A stretch of DNA of 64,000 nt. It comes from an uncultured Gammaproteobacteria bacterium (lineage in GTDB: Bacteria; Patescibacteriota; Microgenomatia; UBA8517). The translations under genes and the position numbers were made by a program. Positions 29,512 through 38,361 of this stretch are shown piece by piece. Each line of letters begins with the position of its first letter. The stretch's first letter is position 1. The notes beneath the pieces were generated by a model. That model made no database searches. It saw only the letters and a program-made list of their open reading frames with translations, and was not told where the DNA came from. The stretch lies in the NCBI GenBank assembly GCA_964541395.1, contig CAZIPM010000004.1, forward strand, positions 1,188 through 65,187, in the 5' to 3' direction.

Positions 29512-29550
29512 TTGACTTGTACAAAAACATGTACTAACATTGTAAGTACA
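29512..29550 (+). promoter_or_regulatory. TA promoter with GTAC repeats
   Basis: TTGACT-17-TAACAT; three GTAC cores. Confidence 0.55.
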
Positions 29551-29551
29551 T

Positions 29552-29800
29552 ATGCAAATTCAGACAATTTTTAAAGCAGGAAACAGCCCATTTGTGGTTT
29601 CAATTCCACCTCAGGTTGCCAGAGATGTCAGCTTTACTCATGGGATTAGGGTTACTGTGAGTAAAGTGGGTGAAGATGCAGTAATTATTAAAAAAGTCAA
29701 AAAACAAACAACTTCTGTATCTCCAGTAAACAAAGAGTTCAACAATTGGATGAAAGGGGTTTTGAAAGAAGATGCCGAAATTCTCGAAGAACTTGCTTAA
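29552..29800 (+). CDS. AbrB/MazE-type antitoxin
   Basis: IFKAGNS..VVSIP swapped-hairpin start. Confidence 0.85.
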   Translation: MQIQTIFKAGNSPFVVSIPPQVARDVSFTHGIRVTVSKVGEDAVIIKKVKKQTTSVSPVNKEFNNWMKGVLKEDAEILEELA

Positions 29801-30176
29801 GTTAGGCATAGATGAAGTTTATGTTATTCATGAAGCTATAATTAAACAAGCAGGTACGAAAGCTTTTGTCCGTGATTTTTCATTGCTTCACTCAGCAGTA
29901 GAAAGACCTTATGCAACATACGAAGGACAGGACCTTTATCCGACTATATTTTTGAAAGCGGGCGCAATTTTACAATCTATCTGTCTAAACCATCCGTTTA
30001 CAGATGGAAATAAAAGGACAGCATGGCTTTCTGCAAAAAGATTTTTGTGGATTAATGGATATCACTTGTCAAGTCACACAAAGGATACAGTAGATTTTAT
30101 GTTAAATGTAGATAATAAACATCCAAAGTTGGTTGAAATTTCGTTATGGCTTAAAAAACATTCAAAGGCACTTTAA
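29772..30176 (+). CDS. doc: Doc/Fic-family toxin
   Basis: NHPFTDGNKRTA Fic motif. Confidence 0.92.
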   Translation: MPKFSKNLLKLGIDEVYVIHEAIIKQAGTKAFVRDFSLLHSAVERPYATYEGQDLYPTIFLKAGAILQSICLNHPFTDGNKRTAWLSAKRFLWINGYHLSSHTKDTVDFMLNVDNKHPKLVEISLWLKKHSKAL

Positions 30177-30206
30177 ATAGTTAAATATAGATGTTACATT
30201 TAAACT

Positions 30207-31193
30207 ATGCGAGTTTTTGCCACAAGACAAATACCAGGAGATCACCTAGAAAAACTAAAAGGTTTGGGTTTTGAGGTTGAGATATCGGAATTTGACAGAC
30301 CTCTTACACCCGAGGAGCTTCTGGAGAAAACAAAAGGATATGAAGGAATAATTTCTCTTCTGACGGATAAAATTGACGGAGAAGTAATAGATGCCATTGG
30401 ACCCCAACTTAAAATTATCAGTAATTATGCTGTTGGTTTTGACAATATCAATGTTGATGAAGCAACAAAAAGAGGAGTGGTGATAACCAATACTCCTAGT
30501 GATGAAGTCAATGAAGCAGTTGCAGAACATACTTGGGCCTTGATTTTAGCTTTAACCAGAAGAGTAGTAGAAGCAGATGAAGCAACAAGAAGAGGAGCAT
30601 ACAAAGGTTGGAAACCTGATATTTTCCTGGGTAAATCACTAAAAGGAAAAACATTAGGAATAGTGGGTATGGGAAGGATTGGAAGTATGGTTGTAAATAG
30701 AGCACAGGGATTTGGTATGCAGGTTTTATATAATAAACACACAAGAGATACCGATGCTGAAGAAAAACTAGGTATTAAATTTGCAGAATTGGACACACTT
30801 TTGGCAGAAAGCGATGTTGTTACCCTTCATGTTCCGTTAAATGATGAAACCAGGCATCTTATAAATAAAGAAACTCTTATGAAAATGAAAAAGGGGTCAT
30901 ATCTTATTAATACCGCTCGCGGCCCCGTAGTTTTGGAACACGCATTGGTTGAAAGTTTAAGAGATGGGCACTTGGGGGGAGCTGCCTTGGATGTTTTTGA
31001 AACAGAACCAAATATAGATCCTGAACTTTTTGGAATGCCCAATGTTATAACAACACCTCACATAGCTTCAGCTACTTATGAAGCTAGAGAAGAAATGGGT
31101 AAAATGGCAATTGAGGCAATTGAGGAATTTTCAAAAGGTCAGATGCCTGCCAATATAGTCAACAAAGACGTTTGGGAAAACAGGAGAAAATAA
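30207..31193 (+). CDS. gyaR: D-2-hydroxyacid dehydrogenase (glyoxylate reductase type)
   Basis: AVGFDN, GMGRIG, INTARG, PHIAS. Confidence 0.9.
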   Translation: MRVFATRQIPGDHLEKLKGLGFEVEISEFDRPLTPEELLEKTKGYEGIISLLTDKIDGEVIDAIGPQLKIISNYAVGFDNINVDEATKRGVVITNTPSDEVNEAVAEHTWALILALTRRVVEADEATRRGAYKGWKPDIFLGKSLKGKTLGIVGMGRIGSMVVNRAQGFGMQVLYNKHTRDTDAEEKLGIKFAELDTLLAESDVVTLHVPLNDETRHLINKETLMKMKKGSYLINTARGPVVLEHALVESLRDGHLGGAALDVFETEPNIDPELFGMPNVITTPHIASATYEAREEMGKMAIEAIEEFSKGQMPANIVNKDVWENRRK

Positions 31194-31247
31194 CTTCGGA
31201 TTTTAGTACAACTGAAAACACAAAATAATCTTATGTACTCAGTCGTA

Positions 31248-31310
31248 CCAGCCTGCAAACAAATTTTCTTTTTAATTTTTTTAAAAAAGTTTTATCTGAA
31301 TGCAGACTGG
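31248..31310. terminator. inverted repeat with long AT-rich loop between convergent genes
   Basis: CCAGCCTGCA / TGCAGACTGG. Confidence 0.45.
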
Positions 31311-31328
31311 CGTATTGGTTGGAGTTAA

Positions 31329-32516
31329 TTAGCGGGTGCAGATTAAAATCCAGTCATCCTTTTGGATGAAAAGTGATTTTAACCAACACCTGGCTGCGTC
31401 GTATGGCATGTAAATCTTATCTTGAATTATGATAACCCCCTGCTTTTCTAATTCTTTCAACCTCTTACTGTAGAGGCGGTAAGCGAGGTAATCGTAACTA
31501 CCCATGCTGCCCAAATCTGCGGGGGACGAATAATACCTTCCTCCTTCGCTGAAAATTCCACTTCGGCTCATGAAGCTGTTATGGAAGTCCATAATGAGAT
31601 AATCTTTTGAATTGCATAATGCCCATAACCCCCACTTTTTGCAGTCAAAGTTCACCTCATCTTCCTCTAGACGAATTACTGTCCAGGGGGAATAAATAGA
31701 CTCATTGGCTTCTTCGTCATACCGGACAAACCCCTTAACAACTGCAAATAGCTGCCACTTGTTCCTGAAACCCCACTCAAAAGTGTATTCTGCTTCAGGA
31801 TTCGGATCTATAGCCGTGCTCTGGATATATTGCAAGCTAATGAGCAAAGCTATAAGGATCGTTCCAGCTATTATGGCAATTGCTATCTGCTTCTTCCTTT
31901 CTGAAAGGAGGAACAAAGCTAAGAAGACAGTCCAGGTGCCAAGTGCTCCCTTAAGTGCTTGGGTGGTTGCCCGATTGAAGTTGTACAATTGCCAGGGCTC
32001 TTCAATGAAGAAAAGCTTGACAAAGTCGCGGATGATCATCCCAATCGCGATAGCGATCAGAACATTGGCGATCGCCCTAAAAACCTTATGTTTTGTTTCA
32101 GGCGTCTTCTCCTGCCAAAACCCAAATATTTTTGGAAGGAGGTAGGGCAAGATAAGCGTTGATGTCGGGAATGTAAGAACATCAGCCCAATCAACATCTG
32201 CATCCGCTAGCACTACGGGAAGAAAAACAATCACTTCCCAGATCAGAACCACAACTGCCCAGATTTTGTAACCTTTAGCAATTACTTTAATGGCGTTAAC
32301 CATTTTTGCATCAAGGATCCGGACTTTTAGATATCTGTCATATGCCTCCAAGCATAGATATCCAGTAAAGAATACGAGCGGTAAAAACCATACTTCTACA
32401 AAAAGTGATGGCCAGACCCTATCGTTGCCGTATCGGATCCAGAAGGTTGCCATACTTGTGGCAATGAACAGCGCGCTAATGATAGCGCTCAACAAGAAAC
32501 CAATCTTTGCTTTCAT
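31329..32516 (-). CDS. polytopic membrane protein with soluble C-terminal domain (start revised to 32516)
   Basis: About 7 TMs; AAAAGGAG SD before ATG 32516. Confidence 0.75.
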   Translation of the reverse strand: MKAKIGFLLSAIISALFIATSMATFWIRYGNDRVWPSLFVEVWFLPLVFFTGYLCLEAYDRYLKVRILDAKMVNAIKVIAKGYKIWAVVVLIWEVIVFLPVVLADADVDWADVLTFPTSTLILPYLLPKIFGFWQEKTPETKHKVFRAIANVLIAIAIGMIIRDFVKLFFIEEPWQLYNFNRATTQALKGALGTWTVFLALFLLSERKKQIAIAIIAGTILIALLISLQYIQSTAIDPNPEAEYTFEWGFRNKWQLFAVVKGFVRYDEEANESIYSPWTVIRLEEDEVNFDCKKWGLWALCNSKDYLIMDFHNSFMSRSGIFSEGGRYYSSPADLGSMGSYDYLAYRLYSKRLKELEKQGVIIIQDKIYMPYDAARCWLKSLFIQKDDWILICTR

Positions 32517-32533
32517 TTTATTTCTCCTTTTGA
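32514..32533 (-). repeat. 20-bp translation-initiation sequence, copy 1
   Basis: TCAAAAGGAGAAATAAAATG identical to 33324-33343. Confidence 0.85.
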
Positions 32534-32706
32534 GTAGTTGATATAAAGTCCACCACGTGGGCTTAATCTTTCTACCCAAAAAGAAAATTTATCCAACCAA
32601 CATGTAAATGTGCTTACCTTCAAACTATTTACTAAATGCGCTAGTTGCATTAAAAATGCTTGAAAGTACAGTTGATTACACAAACTTTTTATGCAATCAA
32701 TTGTTT

Positions 32707-32751
32707 CGCTGGCTAAATCTTGTTCTCAAATAAATGAGGATTAAGCCAGCG
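32707..32751. terminator. intergenic hairpin
   Basis: CGCTGGCT / AGCCAGCG arms. Confidence 0.5.
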
Positions 32752-32771
32752 GCATAGTGTGTATTAAGTTG

Positions 32772-33326
32772 TTAGGGCATATTGCCGAAGCTGATGCTCG
32801 TCGCGTCACTGGGGATACTGACTGAAACAATTTTGCCAGGAGTAATGATAGTTTTCACTATCTCTCCAGACTTATCTGTCCAGACAACATGCCAGTAACC
32901 AAGTCGAACGAAAACTTCGACCTTCTCTCCCGCACAAAAGCGAATCGAATTGTCAAATTTCAAACAACCGTTTCCGCCTCTGGCAAAAACCGTCCTGGCA
33001 GCTGTTTGGGCATACCAACCTTTCCCTTGCGGTTCAGGAAAGACGATTTCAGTAGGGATAGGTGTGTTTGTTGGTGGCAATGTTGCTGTTGTCTGCTCGG
33101 TCACCGTGACCTTAAGTAAAGCTTCCAATGCCACTTCTGGATCCGGCTGCTTAAAAGCGGCCATCAATACCAGAATAGTAGCTACAACCCAAAGGATGGT
33201 GATAACCAAAACGGCCACACCTTTTTTTCCTCGGGCTGTTTTGCTTCCACAGTTGGGGCAACGAATTGCCTTTTTTGGTAAATCCGCACCACAATCAACA
33301 TTTTTGCAAAACTGTAACTCGTCCAT
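32772..33326 (-). CDS. zinc-ribbon, single-TM surface protein
   Basis: CKNVDC...CPNCG, TM helix, Thr/Pro linker. Confidence 0.75.
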   Translation of the reverse strand: MDELQFCKNVDCGADLPKKAIRCPNCGSKTARGKKGVAVLVITILWVVATILVLMAAFKQPDPEVALEALLKVTVTEQTTATLPPTNTPIPTEIVFPEPQGKGWYAQTAARTVFARGGNGCLKFDNSIRFCAGEKVEVFVRLGYWHVVWTDKSGEIVKTIITPGKIVSVSIPSDATSISFGNMP

Positions 33327-33343
33327 TTTATTTCTCCTTTTGA
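33324..33343 (-). repeat. 20-bp translation-initiation sequence, copy 2
   Basis: Identical to 32514-32533. Confidence 0.85.
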
Positions 33344-33348
33344 CTATT

Positions 33349-33560
33349 TTGAATACGACGCAAAAACTTCAAATAGAAATAACTTAAAATCTATGTGCCG
33401 TATTCAACAGCCTTTGGGAGAAACTTTAACTACACACTATATTTTAAAGAGCTAATTTTATTTAAAGTTACCCTAGAGCAAACTCTATTAAACCTTAAAT
33501 AACTAAAAATATTATCCTATAGCTATGTTTTAAAGTCAGGACAAACGGGAGACAAAACGA
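33349..33560 (-). promoter_or_regulatory. long leader: promoter, boxA-like element, hairpin and 11-bp-spaced direct repeats
   Basis: CTGACT-17-GATAAT (33539-33511); AGCTCTTTAAAA (33453-33442); stem 33349-62/33394-407; GACAAA at 33540 and 33551. Confidence 0.55.
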
Positions 33561-33613
33561 GGTTAAATCAATGTTTAAGCGTAATACCTTAAAATTTGTG
33601 TTATATTTTAGTC

Positions 33614-34591
33614 ATGGATTTTTTCAAACACCCTTACTACAAAGAATTTAAAATTTTCTGTAATGTGGCTTATAAGCAGAATATGAATGTAATTCTTTTA
33701 AGTATACCCAGTATGAGTGTGACTTTTTTTATCAACAAATTATTAGAAGAAGATGCTGAGGGTATTTATAGTGTTGTCAATGAAAGTGGCCAAAAAAACG
33801 GTAGATTTACATTTCTAGATTTGGACTATTCAAGACAATCTAAAAAAGCACTAGATTTGACAGATTCCTATTTAAGCTCTGCATCCAGTCAGGATAAATT
33901 CATGGTAGTTATCGACAATCCTCATATATTAGACACAGACAGTTTTAAGAAGAGTTATCTGGCTAACCATTTTTATAAAATCTTTTACTTTAAGCCATTA
34001 GATTTTGATTTGATAAAGATGTTTGCCTTGAATATGAAAATTAAAGTATCTAATGATGAAATCGAGCAAATTTTAAACCTTAGTGGAGGAATCAGTTCAA
34101 TCGTAAAATACCTTCTGGCTAATCAGGAGCTAATTGGAAACCCTGTTCAAGGATTGGTTAATAATCAGGAGTTTATTAAATCAATCCATTTAACTATTGA
34201 AATGATAAGAAAATCCAGAATTTCGTATTTGGAAAAGTTGGGTATATTAGAAAACAGAGAATTTAAAAGTAAAATGATACAAAAGTATTTTGAAAATCAA
34301 AATATTAATCTTGTTGATGTATTAATAGGTAAGGATTTAAGCTTTGAAGAAAATGGTTTGCTAAATTCGGAAAGACTTCTTAAATTAGAAAAAGAAATTA
34401 TTGAATTTACTATCGAAAACAATGGAATAATTTCAAAAGAAGATATAGCTGATATAAAATGGGAAAAAGATAGCTATGATTCTTATTCTGATGACGCAAT
34501 CGTTAAAACCATGCTCAGGTTGAATAAAAAGCTACAGAGGTATAAATTCATATCTGTTCCAACGCTTGGATATCAACTAATAAATAAATGA
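33614..34591 (+). CDS. degenerate NTPase-like domain plus C-terminal OmpR-type winged-helix regulator
   Basis: LSGGI sensor-like segment; IISKEDIADIKW...SDDAIVKTMLRLNKKL...VPTLGYQL. Confidence 0.75.
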   Translation: MDFFKHPYYKEFKIFCNVAYKQNMNVILLSIPSMSVTFFINKLLEEDAEGIYSVVNESGQKNGRFTFLDLDYSRQSKKALDLTDSYLSSASSQDKFMVVIDNPHILDTDSFKKSYLANHFYKIFYFKPLDFDLIKMFALNMKIKVSNDEIEQILNLSGGISSIVKYLLANQELIGNPVQGLVNNQEFIKSIHLTIEMIRKSRISYLEKLGILENREFKSKMIQKYFENQNINLVDVLIGKDLSFEENGLLNSERLLKLEKEIIEFTIENNGIISKEDIADIKWEKDSYDSYSDDAIVKTMLRLNKKLQRYKFISVPTLGYQLINK

Positions 34592-35658
34592 CCGATTTAC
34601 TAGAAATAACTGAAACAGAAATTTCAACCGCTCCAGATCGACACTTTAAATACCTTAGACCAGAGATTCCACTTATTAAAGAGGGATTTACCATTGATCG
34701 AATTTTGATCGAGGTAGATAGGATAACCGGTTTTGCTGTTGAAATAATAAAATTTCCTGATGTAGATGAGTTAAATGGAAGGGATGGAGTACACGTGTGT
34801 ATTATTTCAAACAGTAATTATCCGTACTCAAGCCCCATGAGCCGTTTTGGAGAAAAGCTTAAAGGTTCAAATTCAAAAATTGAAGTTTCCCAAATGAGTG
34901 AAGCACAAAAGCAGAGGTGGAATCATTGTAGAAATATATTAAAACTTCCCTATGAAGTGTCTGCTCAACTAACATTTAATGATTCGGAAAGAAATCTGTC
35001 AGGATGGATTGTCCCTGATGAGGATGTTGTACCTACAAGGCTGATTTCTTTGAATGGATTGGTTAAATCTGGTAAATCTTTAATAGCAGCCTTTTTATCT
35101 ATTAAAGAAGACCTTCCAGTTTTTAGCCTGGACAAATTTTCGGTTTACACAGTTGATGCTTATTTGGAGGAACTTAAAGCCAATGGAATATCTAAAGATT
35201 CAAACGCTGCAGAGTTTATTAAAGTAATAAGCGAATTCATAAACAGGAATCCTAAAAGGAAAATGGATAATCGAAGTGCAAAATCGCTTAGGGAAACTCT
35301 TAATGAATTAACTAATTTTTTTGAGAAAGGGTACAGACCAAAAGTAATGCTCATAGACGGGGTGGGAGACAAACCTGAAGGAGTAATTCCTCTAAATGCA
35401 TATCATTTGGCAAGTTTATATGGATCAGAGGCGTCTATATTAATAGAAATTCCAGAGTTAGCAAATAATTTAGACCTTTTTGAATATGGAAGGCTAGATG
35501 TTAGACAAGAAGTACCCCCATATTTTGTCTTCTACAGGATTAGACACCCAGGGGTAGGAAGATATACTGGTGATATAGATACCAGAATTCTTCCTGATTC
35601 ACTTGATGTACTTTTAACTGAATTCAGAAATAAAATAAAAGAGAAAAGTGATTTTTAG
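34588..35658 (+). CDS. hypothetical protein with P-loop
   Basis: ISLNGLVKSGKS Walker A-like, MLIDG. Confidence 0.65.
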   Translation: MTDLLEITETEISTAPDRHFKYLRPEIPLIKEGFTIDRILIEVDRITGFAVEIIKFPDVDELNGRDGVHVCIISNSNYPYSSPMSRFGEKLKGSNSKIEVSQMSEAQKQRWNHCRNILKLPYEVSAQLTFNDSERNLSGWIVPDEDVVPTRLISLNGLVKSGKSLIAAFLSIKEDLPVFSLDKFSVYTVDAYLEELKANGISKDSNAAEFIKVISEFINRNPKRKMDNRSAKSLRETLNELTNFFEKGYRPKVMLIDGVGDKPEGVIPLNAYHLASLYGSEASILIEIPELANNLDLFEYGRLDVRQEVPPYFVFYRIRHPGVGRYTGDIDTRILPDSLDVLLTEFRNKIKEKSDF

Positions 35659-35884
35659 AGATGGTACCCATTCTATAAATGTTTGGTAAAAAGTGGTCAT
35701 TATGGTTTATTCCAAACGATGGTTTTTGTAGTAAATCTTCCTTTTACTAGTAAACCCCCTATATTTTTCTAAAAGTGGACTAATAATTATTTGTCTATTC
35801 CTGATATCAAATATATCTAGCAAATAAATTAAAAAAGGGAATTTTTAATTGTTTTTATAAAATAATTAATTACCAGGTTAGCCA

Positions 35885-36595
35885 TTATTTTCCTAGAGTT
35901 GCCGAAATTAAATCTGGTCGGAAGTCTGTTTGTGGTTTGCGTAACGGAGTTTCAAATGTTTTTTTAAAACCATCCCTCGCCGAACTATCTGGAATAATTG
36001 GAATAGAGTACATGTCTATATTTTTATAGTTAGCAGTAACCCCTTTTTGTACGTTCGGATCTTTATACCTTACAAGGTCATAACCCCAAATTACAGACAG
36101 CTCGACAGGTACTTTAAAGACACCTTGGGCAAAGTTTTCAGCCTCTTGTACAAATAAAATCTCGTTTAAAGGTATATCTGCAGCGCTTTTGATATTTGGA
36201 TTAGTGATCAAGGCGATATCTTGATCACTAAACCTCCCAGGTGTTTTATTAGGATTAACTCTACTCCCATATAAAACTAGGCCAGCGAAGGTATTAGGAA
36301 ATTGGTATTTTAGATATAATGATGTTATAAAAGCATCAATTTTTAATTTAAACCTACTTGGATTTTTACTTTTATCACCTAAACCTAAAATAGATTCGAT
36401 TTTAGCTCTAATCGCAGCTTCTGGGATTTCTTCTTGAGTATACATATTTTCAAACTGGTCAAATCGTTGTGCCAGCTCATCAATTTGATTAAATGTCGCA
36501 TTCCCTATTTCTTTAGGAGATACCAAATTATGATTGACCAACTTATCAATATTATGTGCCTCAGTAATTAAGCCATCGCTAGGTACTATGTCCAT
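35885..36595 (-). CDS. protein with minimal nucleotidyltransferase motif
   Basis: LVLYGSRV...SDQDIAL. Confidence 0.65.
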   Translation of the reverse strand: MDIVPSDGLITEAHNIDKLVNHNLVSPKEIGNATFNQIDELAQRFDQFENMYTQEEIPEAAIRAKIESILGLGDKSKNPSRFKLKIDAFITSLYLKYQFPNTFAGLVLYGSRVNPNKTPGRFSDQDIALITNPNIKSAADIPLNEILFVQEAENFAQGVFKVPVELSVIWGYDLVRYKDPNVQKGVTANYKNIDMYSIPIIPDSSARDGFKKTFETPLRKPQTDFRPDLISATLGK

Positions 36596-36655
36596 AACTA
36601 CATTGATATTAACATATTAGTTTGTTTAATAAAGTAAAGCTGATAAAATTTAAAT

Positions 36656-37660
36656 ATGGTATTGTTTGGCAAGAAAAAAGAAGAGGACTATGAAGATGAA
36701 GACGAGTTGGAAACTAAAGAATTAAAACGCCCCAAAAGAATACGTGATTTAAATCCTGAGAACAGAAAAAAAAGAAAAGAACCTCCAAAACCTTGGGGAA
36801 AGAGGGAAAGACTTGCCGTCCTTCTGACTTTTCTCGCAACAGTTATAACAGCAGGAATGATGTCTGCTTCTGCCAGGGCTTGGAAACTTCCTAATTTACC
36901 CCGTATTAAAGCTCCTGATTTTTCTAACTTCTTTCTTTTTAGGGAAGAAACAATAGTTGTTGGTAATACTTCACTTTCAACCAACCAGGAAAAGATAGCT
37001 AAAATCAAAGAAGCATTCAGAAAAGAAACTGACGGTTTTTCTGGGATTTATGCATTTTATCTATACGATCTTAAGGGTGATTATTTCTACGGTGAAAACT
37101 ATCAGGAAATTATGCAATCTGCATCATTAATCAAACTTCCCATTATGGCATTAACATACAGCAAAGCGGAAAAAGGAGGACTTAAAATTGATGACTACAG
37201 AGAATATCTAAAAAATATGGGTAAAAGATCAGATAATCAGGCTTTTTTGAAAATGGTTGATGTTTTAGGTCGGATTGAAATACAAAAATATATAAATTCA
37301 TTGGGAATGAGTGAAACTTCCCTGGAAAAAAACTTGACAACGCCTGCCGATATCGGTCTTTTTTTCAAGAAACTTTACAACAATGAAATTATAAACAAGG
37401 AAGATAAAGATGAGCTTTTGGGATTTCTGACGGACACCATTTTTGAAGATTGGCTGGCAGGGGGTATTCCTGAAGAAATTAAAGTCTCACATAAATACGG
37501 CCGGGAAATTCACAGCGTCAGTGACGGAGGGATAGTTTTTGATACAGATCCTTTTATTTTGGTTATCATGACGGACGGAGTAATTGAAACTGAAGCGGAT
37601 GAACTATTCCCAAAATTATCCAAATTGTTGTATGATATGCATACAAAAGATGATATATAG
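36656..37660 (+). CDS. membrane-anchored class A beta-lactamase-like serine hydrolase
   Basis: ASLIK (SxxK), SDN, HKYG. Confidence 0.9.
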   Translation: MVLFGKKKEEDYEDEDELETKELKRPKRIRDLNPENRKKRKEPPKPWGKRERLAVLLTFLATVITAGMMSASARAWKLPNLPRIKAPDFSNFFLFREETIVVGNTSLSTNQEKIAKIKEAFRKETDGFSGIYAFYLYDLKGDYFYGENYQEIMQSASLIKLPIMALTYSKAEKGGLKIDDYREYLKNMGKRSDNQAFLKMVDVLGRIEIQKYINSLGMSETSLEKNLTTPADIGLFFKKLYNNEIINKEDKDELLGFLTDTIFEDWLAGGIPEEIKVSHKYGREIHSVSDGGIVFDTDPFILVIMTDGVIETEADELFPKLSKLLYDMHTKDDI

Positions 37661-37683
37661 ATATCAAACGATAATTAAATAAA

Positions 37684-38361
37684 ATGAAAACACCAATTGA
37701 ATATATAAAAGAAGCCTGGAAAATCTATACAGATAAGAAGAACTTTAGGTTTTTTGCCAGAGTAATGGCAATTGTGACAGTACTTTCTGGGATTTTGAGT
37801 TATGTAATGGGTTATTTCTACCCGTTCAAATATCCAGCACAAAGTATTGACTATTCCAATCCTAGGGAATTAGGACTATTTATAATCTTGGTCGTTGCTA
37901 TAAGTATTATTGGTTTATGGGGTAAATCTGTTGGATATATGGCTGTCATAAAAATGGGGAAAGATGAAAAAGAAATATTGAAACTCGGTTATCTTAAAAT
38001 GTGGAAGTTTTTCTTGATTATGCTGGTATCCGGATTAATTATTGTTTTGGGATTAGTAGCTCTTATTATCCCTGGCATAATTTTTTCGGTAAAATATTCC
38101 ATGTCTCCATTTTTGGTAATGGAAAAGAACTTGGGAGTAAAAGCAGCTTTGTCTGAAAGTTCAAAAATGGTTAAAGGGATATTCTGGAAAGTTTTTGGAC
38201 GATTCATTGTATTTGGTTTATTTACGATGTTAATTTCAATACTGGTAGATTTAGTTCCTTACGGTGGAGGATATTTGCTGACCACTTTTGCCGCTCCTTT
38301 TTTTCTTTTGCCTTTCTATCTCCTGTATAAAGACGTGGGGTTGAGGAACTCCGGTAGTTGA
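37684..38361 (+). CDS. integral membrane protein
   Basis: IIPGII...AL.ES..MVKG.FWKV pattern. Confidence 0.8.
   Translation: MKTPIEYIKEAWKIYTDKKNFRFFARVMAIVTVLSGILSYVMGYFYPFKYPAQSIDYSNPRELGLFIILVVAISIIGLWGKSVGYMAVIKMGKDEKEILKLGYLKMWKFFLIMLVSGLIIVLGLVALIIPGIIFSVKYSMSPFLVMEKNLGVKAALSESSKMVKGIFWKVFGRFIVFGLFTMLISILVDLVPYGGGYLLTTFAAPFFLLPFYLLYKDVGLRNSGS

Noticed and set aside
31240-32780. Hairpins after the 31-33 kb genes as integron attC sites
   Set aside because: No clear paired RYYYAAC/GTTRRRY boxes and no integron integrase recognised
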